36,606 nt of DNA from Gemmatimonadales bacterium (GCA_041612035.1 JBFILX010000002.1:1-36606); one strand, 5' to 3'. Positions 7,511-15,777 are shown, counted from the stretch's first letter. Notes: a model not told the origin generated them from the sequence alone. Numbers and translations: made by a program.

Positions 7511-8878
7511 ATGGCGTTTCCCGTCGTCAACCCCGCCACCGGCGAGACCGTGCGCGAGGTGCCCCAGATGCGGGCGGCCGCGGTCCGCCGGGCCATCGAA
7601 CGCGCCGATCGGGCCGCCGCCGCGTGGGGCGAACGCGCGGTGGCCGACCGGGCGCCGCCGATGCGCGCCGTCGCGCGGCTCCTGCGCGCGCGGGCCGATG
7701 AGCTCGCCCGGCTCATGGCGGTGGAGATGGGGAAGCCGGTGCGGCAGGGCCGGGCGGAGGTCGAGAAGTGCGCCTGGGTGGCGGAGTACTACGCCGAGCA
7801 CGCCGCCGGGTTCCTGGCCGACGAAGTGGTGGCGACCGACGCCTCCCGCAGCTACGTCACCTGCCGCCCGCTGGGCGTGGTCCTCGCGATCATGCCGTGG
7901 AACTTCCCGCTCTGGCAGGTCTTCCGCTTCGCCGCCCCGGCGCTGATGGCCGGGAACGGGGTCCTGCTCAAGCACGCCGCCAACGTCCCCGGGTGCGCGC
8001 TGGCGATCGAGGCGCTCTTCCGCGACGCCGGGTTCCCGTCCCACCTGTTCGCCACCCTGCTCATCACCCCGCGCCAGGCCACCGGCGTGATCCGTCACCC
8101 CCTGGTGCGCGCGGTGACCCTGACCGGAAGCACCGGGGCCGGCCGGGCGGTAGCCGCGCGGGCCGGCGAGGCCCTCAAGAAGACGGTGCTGGAGCTGGGG
8201 GGCAGCGATCCGTACCTGGTGCTGCACGACGCGGACGTGGCGGCGGCCGCGGCGGTCTGCGCCGAGAGCCGGCTCATCAACTCGGGGCAGAGCTGCATCG
8301 CGGCCAAGCGTTTCCTGGTGGTGCCCGCCGTGCGCGAGGCGTTCGAGGCCCGGCTGGTCGAGCGGATGCGGGCCGCGGTGATGGGCGACCCCCTGGCGGA
8401 GACGACCGACGTGGGCCCCCAGGCCCGGCGCGACCTGCGCGACGCGCTGCACCGCCAGGTGACGGCCAGCGTGGGGCAGGGGGCCCGGCTGCGGCTGGGC
8501 GGCGAGGTGCCCGCGGGCCCCGGCGCCTTCTACCCGCCCACGGTGCTCACCGACGTCCGACTCGGCATGCCCGCGGCGGACGAGGAGCTGTTCGGCCCGG
8601 TGGCGGCCGTCCTCCCCGTGGCCGACGAGGACGAGGCGGTGCGGGTGGCGAACGCGTCGGACTTCGGGCTCGGCGCGGCGGTCTTCACCCGCGACCTCGC
8701 CCGGGGCGAGCGGATCGCGCGGACCCGCCTCGCCGCGGGCGCCTGCGTGGTGAACGGCCTGGTCCGGTCCGACCCCCGGCTGCCCTTCGGCGGGATCAAG
8801 CAGAGCGGGTACGGGCGGGAGCTGGGCGCGGCGGGGATCCGCGAGTTCGTGAACCTCAAGACGGTCGTGGTGCGGTAG
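7511..8878 (+). CDS. NAD(P)-dependent aldehyde dehydrogenase, succinate-semialdehyde dehydrogenase-like (about 455 aa)
   Basis: Begins MAFPVVNPATGETVREV. Contains MPWNFPLWQV, LELGGSDP and the catalytic-Cys context NSGQSCIAAKRF, and ends GIKQSGYGRELG...FVNLKTV. GAGGAG Shine-Dalgarno at 7499-7504, 6 nt before the ATG. The longer ORF from 6533 is a frame run-on. Confidence 0.9.
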   Translation: MAFPVVNPATGETVREVPQMRAAAVRRAIERADRAAAAWGERAVADRAPPMRAVARLLRARADELARLMAVEMGKPVRQGRAEVEKCAWVAEYYAEHAAGFLADEVVATDASRSYVTCRPLGVVLAIMPWNFPLWQVFRFAAPALMAGNGVLLKHAANVPGCALAIEALFRDAGFPSHLFATLLITPRQATGVIRHPLVRAVTLTGSTGAGRAVAARAGEALKKTVLELGGSDPYLVLHDADVAAAAAVCAESRLINSGQSCIAAKRFLVVPAVREAFEARLVERMRAAVMGDPLAETTDVGPQARRDLRDALHRQVTASVGQGARLRLGGEVPAGPGAFYPPTVLTDVRLGMPAADEELFGPVAAVLPVADEDEAVRVANASDFGLGAAVFTRDLARGERIARTRLAAGACVVNGLVRSDPRLPFGGIKQSGYGRELGAAGIREFVNLKTVVVR

Positions 8879-8893
8879 GTATATTCTCCCCCC

Positions 8894-10447
8894 ATGTCCG
8901 ACCCCCGGGAACGGCTCGACGACCTGAAGCACCGGCAGGCCCAGGCCGACCTGGGCGGCGGCCCCGAGCGGATCGCGCAGCAGCACGCCAAGGGGAAGCT
9001 CACCGCGCGCGAGCGGCTCGACCTGCTGCTCGACGCAGGCACCTTCGTCGAGCTCGACCGCTTCGTCACCCACCGCGCCACCGAGTTCGGGCTGGCCGAC
9101 CAGCGCTACCCCGGCGACGGGGTGGTGACCGGCTCGGGCCGGATCCACGGCCGTCCGGTGTACGTCTTCTCCCAGGACTTCACGGTCTTCGGCGGGTCGC
9201 TCTCGGAGACCCACGCGGCCAAGATCTGCAAGGTGATGGACCTGGCGGTGCGGACCGGCGCCCCGGTGATCGGGCTCAACGACTCGGGCGGGGCCCGGAT
9301 CCAGGAGGGCGTGGCCTCGCTGGGCGGCTACGCCGACATCTTCCTGCGCAATACCCTCGCCTCGGGCGTGGTCCCCCAGATCTCCGTCATCCTGGGTCCC
9401 TGCGCCGGGGGCGCGGTGTACAGCCCGGCCATCACCGACTTCGTGTTCATGGTGCGGGGGGTGAGCTTCATGTTCGTCACCGGCCCCGGGGTGGTGAAGA
9501 CGGTGACCCACGAGGAGGTCTCCTTCGACCAGCTGGGCGGCGCCGACGTGCACGCCGAGACCTCGGGGATCGCCCACACCGTGTTCGACACCGAGCCCGC
9601 CTGCCTGGCGGCGGTCCGCGACCTGCTCGAGTTCCTCCCCGGCAACAACCTCGACGACCCGCCGGTGCGGGCCGGCACCGACCCGGCGGACCGCCGGGAC
9701 CCGGGCCTGCTCGACGTCATCCCGTCCAGCCCGGCCCAGCCGTACGACATGCACACGGTCATCCGGGCCGTGGTGGACGACGGGCACTTCCACGAGGTCC
9801 ACGCCGCCTTCGCCGGCAACATCCTGGTGGGGTTCGCCCGGCTGGGGGGCCAGCCGGTGGGCGTGGTGGCCAACCAGCCGGCGATGCTGGCCGGGGTGCT
9901 CGACATCAACGCCTCGGTGAAGGCGGCCCGGTTCATCCGGTTCTGCGACGCCTTCAACGTGCCGCTGGTCACCTTCGTGGACGTGCCGGGCTTCCTGCCC
10001 GGGGTGGCCCAGGAGCACGGGGGGATCATCCGGCACGGGGCCAAGCTGCTCTACGCCTACTGCGAGGCCACCGTGCCCAAGCTCACGGTCATCACCCGCA
10101 AGGCCTACGGCGGCGCCTACGACGTCATGAGCTCGAAGCACATCCGGGGCGACCTCAACCTGGCCTGGCCCACCGCGGAGATCGCGGTGATGGGGCCCAA
10201 GGGCGCGGTGGAGATCCTGTTCCGCCACGAGATCGCGGCGGCCGACGACCCGGAGGCGGAGACCCGGCGCCGCATCGACGAGTACGTGCGCGCCTTCGCG
10301 CATCCCTACGCGGCGGCCGAGCGGGGCTTCGTGGATGACGTCATCGACCCGCGCGACACCCGCCCCCGGCTGATCGAGGGCCTCCGGCTGCTGCGCACCA
10401 AGCGCGACCGGAACCCGCCCAGGAAGCACGGGAACATCCCCCTCTGA
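8894..10447 (+). CDS. acyl-CoA carboxylase carboxyltransferase (beta) subunit, propionyl-CoA carboxylase / methylmalonyl-CoA carboxyltransferase family
   Basis: 517 aa. Motifs: [56 protein letters not shown] and [14 protein letters not shown], typical of the PccB/AccD5 family. Substrate cannot be assigned from sequence by eye. Confidence 0.92.
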   Translation: MSDPRERLDDLKHRQAQADLGGGPERIAQQHAKGKLTARERLDLLLDAGTFVELDRFVTHRATEFGLADQRYPGDGVVTGSGRIHGRPVYVFSQDFTVFGGSLSETHAAKICKVMDLAVRTGAPVIGLNDSGGARIQEGVASLGGYADIFLRNTLASGVVPQISVILGPCAGGAVYSPAITDFVFMVRGVSFMFVTGPGVVKTVTHEEVSFDQLGGADVHAETSGIAHTVFDTEPACLAAVRDLLEFLPGNNLDDPPVRAGTDPADRRDPGLLDVIPSSPAQPYDMHTVIRAVVDDGHFHEVHAAFAGNILVGFARLGGQPVGVVANQPAMLAGVLDINASVKAARFIRFCDAFNVPLVTFVDVPGFLPGVAQEHGGIIRHGAKLLYAYCEATVPKLTVITRKAYGGAYDVMSSKHIRGDLNLAWPTAEIAVMGPKGAVEILFRHEIAAADDPEAETRRRIDEYVRAFAHPYAAAERGFVDDVIDPRDTRPRLIEGLRLLRTKRDRNPPRKHGNIPL

Positions 10448-10452
10448 CCGGC

Positions 10453-11982
10453 ATGCGCTCTCCCGCCAGCGCGGCCGATCCGCACCCGGTGCACCGGGTG
10501 CTCGTCGCCAACCGGGGGGAGATCGCCCTCCGGATCGTGCGCGCCTGCCACGAGGAGGGCCTCGAGGCGGTGGCGGTCTACTCCGACGCCGACCGGACCA
10601 GCCCCTACGTCCGCGCGGCCGACGCCGCGGTGCACATCGGCCCGGCCCCCGCCGCCGAGAGTTACCTGCGCATCGACCGGCTGGTCGCGGCCGCGCGCGA
10701 GACCGGGTGCCAGGCGGTGCATCCCGGCTACGGCTTCCTGGCCGAGCGGGCCGCGTTCGCCGAGGCGGTGGAGGCGGCGGGCCTGCGCTTCGTGGGCCCG
10801 CCCGCCGCGGCGATCCGGGCCATGGGCGACAAGACCGAGGCCCGCCGCCGGATGCAGGCGGCCGGGGTGCCGGTGGTGCCGGGGGGGACGGCGCCGGTGA
10901 CCGACCCCGCCGACGCGGCGGCGCTGGCCGGGTCGCTGGGCTACCCGGTGCTGGTGAAGGCCGCGGCGGGTGGCGGCGGGCGGGGCATGCGGATCGTCGC
11001 CGAGCCCGGGGGACTCGCGGGGGCGCTGACGGCGGCGGCCTCGGAGGCGGAGAAGGCCTTCGGGGACGCGAGCGTCTACCTGGAGAAGTACGTGCTCCAC
11101 CCGCGCCACGTCGAGATCCAGGTGCTGGCGGACCACGAGCGCACCGTGCACCTGGGCGAGCGCGAATGCTCGGTGCAGCGGCGCCACCAGAAGCTGGTCG
11201 AGGAGGCGCCCTCGGTGGCGGTGGACGCCGCGCTCCGGGCGCGCATGGGACAGGCGGCCGTCGACGCGGCCCGGGCGGTCGGCTACCTCGGCGCGGGCAC
11301 CTGCGAGTTCCTGCTGGCGCCCGACGGCGCGTTCTACTTCCTCGAGATGAACACCCGGATCCAGGTCGAGCACCCGGTGACGGAGATCGTCTACGGCGTG
11401 GACCTGGTCCGGGAGCAGCTCCGCATCGCCCGCGGGCTGCCGATGACGGTGCCCGAGGGCCCGCCGGTCCCGCGCGGCTGGGCGATCGAGTGCCGGATCA
11501 CCAGCGAGGACCCCCGCAACAACCTGCTGCCCTCCACCGGACGGATCGCGTTCCTGCGCCCGCCCGCCGGGCCGGGCGTCCGGTGGGACGCCGGGGTCGA
11601 GACCGGGGACGAGGTCACCCTGTACTACGACTCGCTCCTCGCCAAGCTGATCACCGGCGGGACCACCCGGGCGCAGGCGATCGCCCGCATGCGGCGGGCG
11701 CTGGACGAGCTGACCGTCGTCGGGGTGGCCACCAACCAGGCCTTCCACCAGCGGCTCCTGGACGACCCCGCCTTCCGGGCGGGCGAGCTGGACATCCAGT
11801 TCCTGGAGCGGCGGCCCGACCTCCTCGCGCCGGCCATGGACGAGGACACCGCGGCCCTGCTCGCGGCCGCCGCCGCGCTGCTCGAGGACGAGCGCCGCCA
11901 CGCGGTCCGGCTCGGCGTGGCGGCCCCGAGCGAAGGCCGCGAGGCCTGGCTGCTGGCGGCCCGGCGCGAGGGGCTCCGGTGA
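10453..11982 (+). CDS. biotin carboxylase subunit (ATP-grasp) of an acyl-CoA carboxylase, with no biotinyl domain
   Basis: Motifs: VLVANRGEIALRIVRA, HPGYGFLAE, GDKTEARR, GYPVLVKAAAGGGGRGMR, CSVQRRHQKLVEEAP and FLEMNTRIQVEHPVTE. The 509-aa protein ends in a roughly 55-aa Ala/Leu-rich tail beyond the biotin carboxylase fold. Confidence 0.93.
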   Translation: MRSPASAADPHPVHRVLVANRGEIALRIVRACHEEGLEAVAVYSDADRTSPYVRAADAAVHIGPAPAAESYLRIDRLVAAARETGCQAVHPGYGFLAERAAFAEAVEAAGLRFVGPPAAAIRAMGDKTEARRRMQAAGVPVVPGGTAPVTDPADAAALAGSLGYPVLVKAAAGGGGRGMRIVAEPGGLAGALTAAASEAEKAFGDASVYLEKYVLHPRHVEIQVLADHERTVHLGERECSVQRRHQKLVEEAPSVAVDAALRARMGQAAVDAARAVGYLGAGTCEFLLAPDGAFYFLEMNTRIQVEHPVTEIVYGVDLVREQLRIARGLPMTVPEGPPVPRGWAIECRITSEDPRNNLLPSTGRIAFLRPPAGPGVRWDAGVETGDEVTLYYDSLLAKLITGGTTRAQAIARMRRALDELTVVGVATNQAFHQRLLDDPAFRAGELDIQFLERRPDLLAPAMDEDTAALLAAAAALLEDERRHAVRLGVAAPSEGREAWLLAARREGLR

Positions 11983-13205
11983 CGGCGCCGGTCCGCATCG
12001 ACCGCATCGCGGCCGGGGGCGACGGCGTGGGCCGGCTCGCCGACGGGCGGGTGGTGTTCATCCCCCGCACCGCGCCGGGCGACCTGGTGGAGCCGACCGG
12101 GCTCCGGCTCGCCGCGCGCTACGCCCGCGCCCGGCTCGGCACCCTGCTGGAGCCGGGCCCCGGCCGGGTGCCCCCGCGCTGCGCCCACTACCGCGAGGAC
12201 GAGTGCGGCGGGTGCCAGCTGCAGCACCTCGAGGCCGGGGCCCAGCGGGCGGCCCGCCGCCGGATCGCGGGCGACGCCCTGCGGCGGATCGGGAAGCTGG
12301 CGGCGGACGACCCCGCGCTCGAGCCCGCCGACCAGGAGTTCGGCTACCGGGCCCGGATCACCCTCGCCGTGTCGGACGACCGGCGACGGATCGGGTTCCA
12401 CCCGGTGGACCGCCCGGGGGAGGTGTTCGACCTCGACCGGTGCGAGATCGCCGCGGAACCCCTCAACCGGCTCTGGCGCGCGGTGACCGCCCGACGGAGC
12501 GCGCTGCCCGACGGGCTGGAGCGGCTCACCCTGCGGATGGACGACGCGGGCGGGCTCCACCTGGTCCTCGCGGGGGGCGGGGAAATCGAACCGGGCGGGG
12601 CAGGCCTGGATCGGGCGCTCGCGGCCGAGGGGGTGGCGGTCTCGATCTGGTCGCGATCGGGGCCCGGCGCGACGCGGCTGATCGCCGGCCCGGGCGGGGA
12701 CGCGGCCGGATCGTTCGAACAGGTGGCCCCGGCCATGGGCCGGCGGGTGCGGGAGCACGCGCTGGCGGAGTGCGCCGTCGGGGAAGGGGACGTCGCGTGG
12801 GACCTCTACGCCGGCGTGGGCGAGGCGGGGCTGGCCCTGGCCCAGGCCGGGGCCCGGGTCGAGAGCGTCGAGGTGGACGCCGAGGCCGTCGCGGCGGGCC
12901 GGGGCCGGATGGCCCACCCCCGGCTGACCCGGCGGGTCGGCCGGGTGGAGTCGTGGCTCGGGCGGCTGCCCCGGCCCACGGTGGTGTACGCCAACCCGCC
13001 CCGTACCGGGCTGGGCCCCACGGTCACCGGGGCGCTGGCCGCCGCGGCCCCGGCCCGCATCGTCTACGTGTCGTGCGATCCGGCCACCCTGGCCCGGGAC
13101 CTCCGGGCCCTCGCCGGGTCGTACCGGGTGACCGCGATCCGCGGCTTCGACCTCTTTCCCCAGACGGCGCACGTGGAGACCGTGGCCCGGCTGGAGGCGG
13201 CATGA
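11979..13205 (+). CDS. class I SAM-dependent RNA (uracil-5-)-methyltransferase, RumA/TrmA family, with TRAM domain and Cys cluster
   Basis: The GTG start at 11979 overlaps the biotin carboxylase stop (GTGA). The N-terminal TRAM-like segment is VRIDRIAAGGDGVGRLADGRVVFIPRTAPGDLVE. The Cys cluster is C-x7-C-x2-C (RCAHYREDECGGCQ) plus a downstream Cys (LDRCEIA). The C-terminal m5U methyltransferase motifs are VVYANPPRTGL, VYVSCDPATLARD and DLFPQTAHVETV. Confidence 0.88.
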   Translation: MTAPVRIDRIAAGGDGVGRLADGRVVFIPRTAPGDLVEPTGLRLAARYARARLGTLLEPGPGRVPPRCAHYREDECGGCQLQHLEAGAQRAARRRIAGDALRRIGKLAADDPALEPADQEFGYRARITLAVSDDRRRIGFHPVDRPGEVFDLDRCEIAAEPLNRLWRAVTARRSALPDGLERLTLRMDDAGGLHLVLAGGGEIEPGGAGLDRALAAEGVAVSIWSRSGPGATRLIAGPGGDAAGSFEQVAPAMGRRVREHALAECAVGEGDVAWDLYAGVGEAGLALAQAGARVESVEVDAEAVAAGRGRMAHPRLTRRVGRVESWLGRLPRPTVVYANPPRTGLGPTVTGALAAAAPARIVYVSCDPATLARDLRALAGSYRVTAIRGFDLFPQTAHVETVARLEAA

Positions 13206-13717
13206 AATACCACGTGACCCTGCCGGACGGGACCCGCGAGGTGGAGGTGGACGGGGAGCGGGTGGTGGTGGACGGCGTGGCCCGGACCGCCCGGCTGGAG
13301 GACGTCCCCGGGACCCCCCTCCGCCGCCTCGTGCTGGACGGTCGCTCGATCCTGCTCGGCGTGACCCCGGGGGAGGCCGGGCGCTGGACCGTCACCTGCC
13401 GCGGGGAGTCGGTCGAGGTGGAGGCCATCGACGAGCGGACCCGGCACATCCGGGCCATGGCGGGCGCCGAGCGGGCCGCGGGCGGCCCGGCCCAGGTCCG
13501 GGCCCCGATGCCCGGCCTGGTGGTCCGGGTGCTGGTCGAGCCCGGGGCCCGGGTGGCGGCCGGCGAGGGGCTGGTGGTGCTGGAGGCGATGAAGATGGAG
13601 AACGAGCTCCGGGCCGCCGGGCCGGGGGTGGTCCGGGCGGTCCACGCCGCGCCGGGGGAGGCGGTGGACAAGGGCCAGGTGCTGGTGGAACTGGCCCCGC
13701 CGGGGGAGCCGAAATGA
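13202..13717 (+). CDS. biotin carboxyl carrier-type protein (biotinyl domain with a roughly 90-aa beta-rich N-terminal domain)
   Basis: The ATG at 13202 overlaps the methyltransferase stop (ATGA). The C-terminal biotinylation motif is VVLEAMKMENEL, within a PMPGLVVRVLV...GQVLVEL lipoyl/biotinyl fold. Confidence 0.9.
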   Translation: MKYHVTLPDGTREVEVDGERVVVDGVARTARLEDVPGTPLRRLVLDGRSILLGVTPGEAGRWTVTCRGESVEVEAIDERTRHIRAMAGAERAAGGPAQVRAPMPGLVVRVLVEPGARVAAGEGLVVLEAMKMENELRAAGPGVVRAVHAAPGEAVDKGQVLVELAPPGEPK

Positions 13718-13744
13718 CGGGGTTCCCGGGGGGGGCGGATCGGC

Positions 13745-13774
13745 TTGACCTAAGCGTTTGCGGCGGATTAGTTT
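13745..13774 (+). promoter_or_regulatory. sigma-70-like promoter candidate for rplM-rpsI
   Basis: TTGACC (13745-13750), an 18-nt spacer, then TAGTTT (13769-13774). It lies in the 142-nt gap upstream of rplM. No transcript data. Confidence 0.5.
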
Positions 13775-13859
13775 GCATAGCTCTGTCCGAACCGGACGGG
13801 CGCCCCGGGTCCCAGGGAGGGACCGGGCGAAGCCTTACGCAGAGGCGAGTCAGGACACC

Positions 13860-14303
13860 ATGAAGACTTTCAGCGCCACGCCGAGCGACCTGTCGCACGA
13901 CTGGCACGTCGTGGATGCGGAGGGCGTGCCGCTCGGCCGCCTGGCGAGCGCGGTCGCGCAGCTGATCCGCGGCAAGCACAAGCCCACCTTCACGCCCCAC
14001 ATGGACGGCGGCGACTTCGTGGTGGTGCTCAACGCCGCCAAGGTGCGGCTGACGGGGCGCAAGGCGGAGCAGAAGACCTACTTCAAGCACACCGGCTACA
14101 TGGGCCACGAGAAGCACATCCCGGTGGCCGACGAGCTGGCGAAGCATCCGGAGCGGGTGATCGAGCGGGCGGTGTACGGGATGCTGCCCAAGTCCTCGCT
14201 GGCCAAGCAGAAGCTGCGGCGCAAGCTGAAGGTGTACGCCGGCGCCGAGCATCCCCACGCGGCGCAGCAGCCCAAGCCCTACGCGATCAAGGTGAACGCA
14301 TGA
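13860..14303 (+). CDS. rplM: 50S ribosomal protein L13
   Basis: MKTFSATPSDLSHDWHVVDAEGVPLGRLAS.VA..IRGKHKPTFTPH.D.GD.VVV.NA is the canonical L13 N-terminus. The in-frame upstream extension from 13758 is rejected. Confidence 0.96.
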   Translation: MKTFSATPSDLSHDWHVVDAEGVPLGRLASAVAQLIRGKHKPTFTPHMDGGDFVVVLNAAKVRLTGRKAEQKTYFKHTGYMGHEKHIPVADELAKHPERVIERAVYGMLPKSSLAKQKLRRKLKVYAGAEHPHAAQQPKPYAIKVNA

Positions 14304-14704
14304 CCGGCAGTTCGACCGAGTTCCGCTGGCACGCCGTCGGCCGGCGCAAGACCAGCGTGGCCCGGGTCTACCTGACCCCGGGCACCGGCAAGTGGGACAT
14401 CAACGGGCGGACGCTGGGGGACTACTTCCCGCGCAGCTCGCTGGTGCAGCACATCCAGCAGTCGTTCACCGCGACCGACACCCTGGGGGCGTTCGACGTG
14501 AAGGCCCGGGTGCACGGGGGCGGGATGACCGGCCAGGCGGGGGCGCTCCGGATGGCGATCGCCCGGTGCCTGGTGCTGGCCGACGAGATGCACCGGACCA
14601 AGCTCCGGGCCAGCGGGCTGCTGACCCGCGACCCGCGCGAGGTCGAGCGGAAGAAGCCGGGTCGCCCGGGCGCCCGGAAGCGGTTCCAGTTCTCGAAGCG
14701 GTAG
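14300..14704 (+). CDS. rpsI: 30S ribosomal protein S9
   Basis: GRRKTSVARVYL.PGTGK..INGR near the N-terminus and a C-terminal LTRDPREVERKKPGRPGARKRFQFSKR. ATGA overlap with rplM. Confidence 0.96.
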   Translation: MTGSSTEFRWHAVGRRKTSVARVYLTPGTGKWDINGRTLGDYFPRSSLVQHIQQSFTATDTLGAFDVKARVHGGGMTGQAGALRMAIARCLVLADEMHRTKLRASGLLTRDPREVERKKPGRPGARKRFQFSKR

Positions 14705-14861
14705 ACAACCGAACCCGGGGGCCGGCGCGGCCGGTCCCCGATCACTCCACACACCGCCGGATTCCCGCCGGGGTGTCTCGCGGGCCACGGGCCCCGGGAT
14801 CGCGCGGGGAGGCGAAGGCGGTGGCGGCCCAACCCAGAAGGAGCACGGCACGCAGCCACGC
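14705..14861 (+). promoter_or_regulatory. structured GC-rich intergenic region / rpsB 5' leader
   Basis: Hairpins found by eye. First, 14718-14739: GGGGCCGG/CCGG(T)CCCC with loop CGCGG. Second, 14751-14776: ACACC(G)CCGG/CCGGGGTGT with loop ATTCCCG. A further GGGCC-ACG-GGCCC element follows. A GAAGGAG motif lies 17 nt before the ATG. Confidence 0.4.
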
Positions 14862-15758
14862 ATGACCGATCAGACCCAGTACAGTCAGCCCCAGGTGCAG
14901 GACCTGCTCGAGGCCGGAGTCCATTTCGGCCACCAGACCCGCCGCTGGAACCCGAAGATGCGCCGGTTCATCTTCGCCGAGCGCTCCGGCATCTACATCA
15001 TCGACCTGCGGAAGACCCTCCATCAGCTGCAGAAGGCCCAGGAGCTGCTGCGCAACGTGGTGCTGCGGGGGGACAACGTCCTCTTCGTGTGCACCAAGCG
15101 CCAGCTGAAGGAGCTGGTCAAGGCCGAGGCCAACGCGGCCGGCGCCCTGTACGTCACCGAGCGGTGGCTGGGCGGGACCCTCACCAACTTCCAGACGATC
15201 CGGCGGCAGATCCGCCGGCTGCGGGAGCTGGAGCAGGGGGGCGAAGGCGGCGAGTTCGCCAACTACACCAAGAAGGAGCGGCTGCTCTTCGAGCGGGAGA
15301 AGGTCAAGCTGCTGCGCAACCTCGAGGGGCTGCGCAACATGGGCCGCCTGCCGGGCGCCCTCTTCGTGGTGGACGCGCACAAGGAACGGATCGCGATCAC
15401 GGAGGCCAACAAGATCGGCATCCCGGTGGTGGCGATCGTGGACACCAACGCGGATCCCGACCTGATCACGGTGCCGATCCCCGGGAACGACGACGCCATC
15501 CGGTCGGTGTCGCTGATCACCGCCGCGCTGGGCGAGACGATCAAGGAAGCCCGGATGCAGGCGCCGGAGCGCGAGGGCGGCGACGACCCGGACGCCGAGA
15601 CCTACAGCACCGACACCGGCACCGAAGGGGACGTGGAGGCCGAGCGCCGCCGGCGCCGGCCGACCCGGAAGCGGCGGCCCAAGCCCGAGGCGATTGCGGC
15701 CCGGCTGAAGAGCGACGTGCCGGAGGCGGCGCCCTCCGCGAGCGACTCCGGCGCCTGA
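14862..15758 (+). CDS. rpsB: 30S ribosomal protein S2 (with a roughly 60-aa C-terminal extension)
   Basis: LLEAGVHFGHQTRRWNPKM, ERWLGGTLTNF and IPVVAIVDTNADPD are canonical S2 motifs. The 298-aa protein has an acidic-then-basic tail. Confidence 0.96.
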   Translation: MTDQTQYSQPQVQDLLEAGVHFGHQTRRWNPKMRRFIFAERSGIYIIDLRKTLHQLQKAQELLRNVVLRGDNVLFVCTKRQLKELVKAEANAAGALYVTERWLGGTLTNFQTIRRQIRRLRELEQGGEGGEFANYTKKERLLFEREKVKLLRNLEGLRNMGRLPGALFVVDAHKERIAITEANKIGIPVVAIVDTNADPDLITVPIPGNDDAIRSVSLITAALGETIKEARMQAPEREGGDDPDAETYSTDTGTEGDVEAERRRRRPTRKRRPKPEAIAARLKSDVPEAAPSASDSGA

Positions 15759-15777
15759 GGGCGGCTTCGGGCCGCCC
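15759..15777 (+). promoter_or_regulatory. intercistronic stem-loop directly after the rpsB stop
   Basis: GGGCGGC(15759-15765), loop TTCGG, GCCGCCC(15771-15777). There is no T tract, so this is more likely a stabiliser, processing site or partial attenuator than a full terminator. Confidence 0.4.

Noticed and set aside
7427-10429. 1000-aa minus-strand ORF antisense to the aldehyde dehydrogenase and carboxyltransferase genes. Similar very long antisense ORFs occur at 4631-6538, 10306-11901, 11625-13172, 15835-17121, 17399-18733, 19793-21355, 22576-25407, 25794-26849, 27541-28566, 29560-31674, 31377-33089, 33133-34203 and 35309-36511.
   Set aside because: Each lies opposite a plus-strand gene with unmistakable conserved motifs. 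Their translations are Arg/Pro/Gly/His/Asp-rich low-complexity strings with no recognisable domains. In roughly 70% GC DNA, stop codons are rare in antisense frames, so such ORFs are expected by chance.
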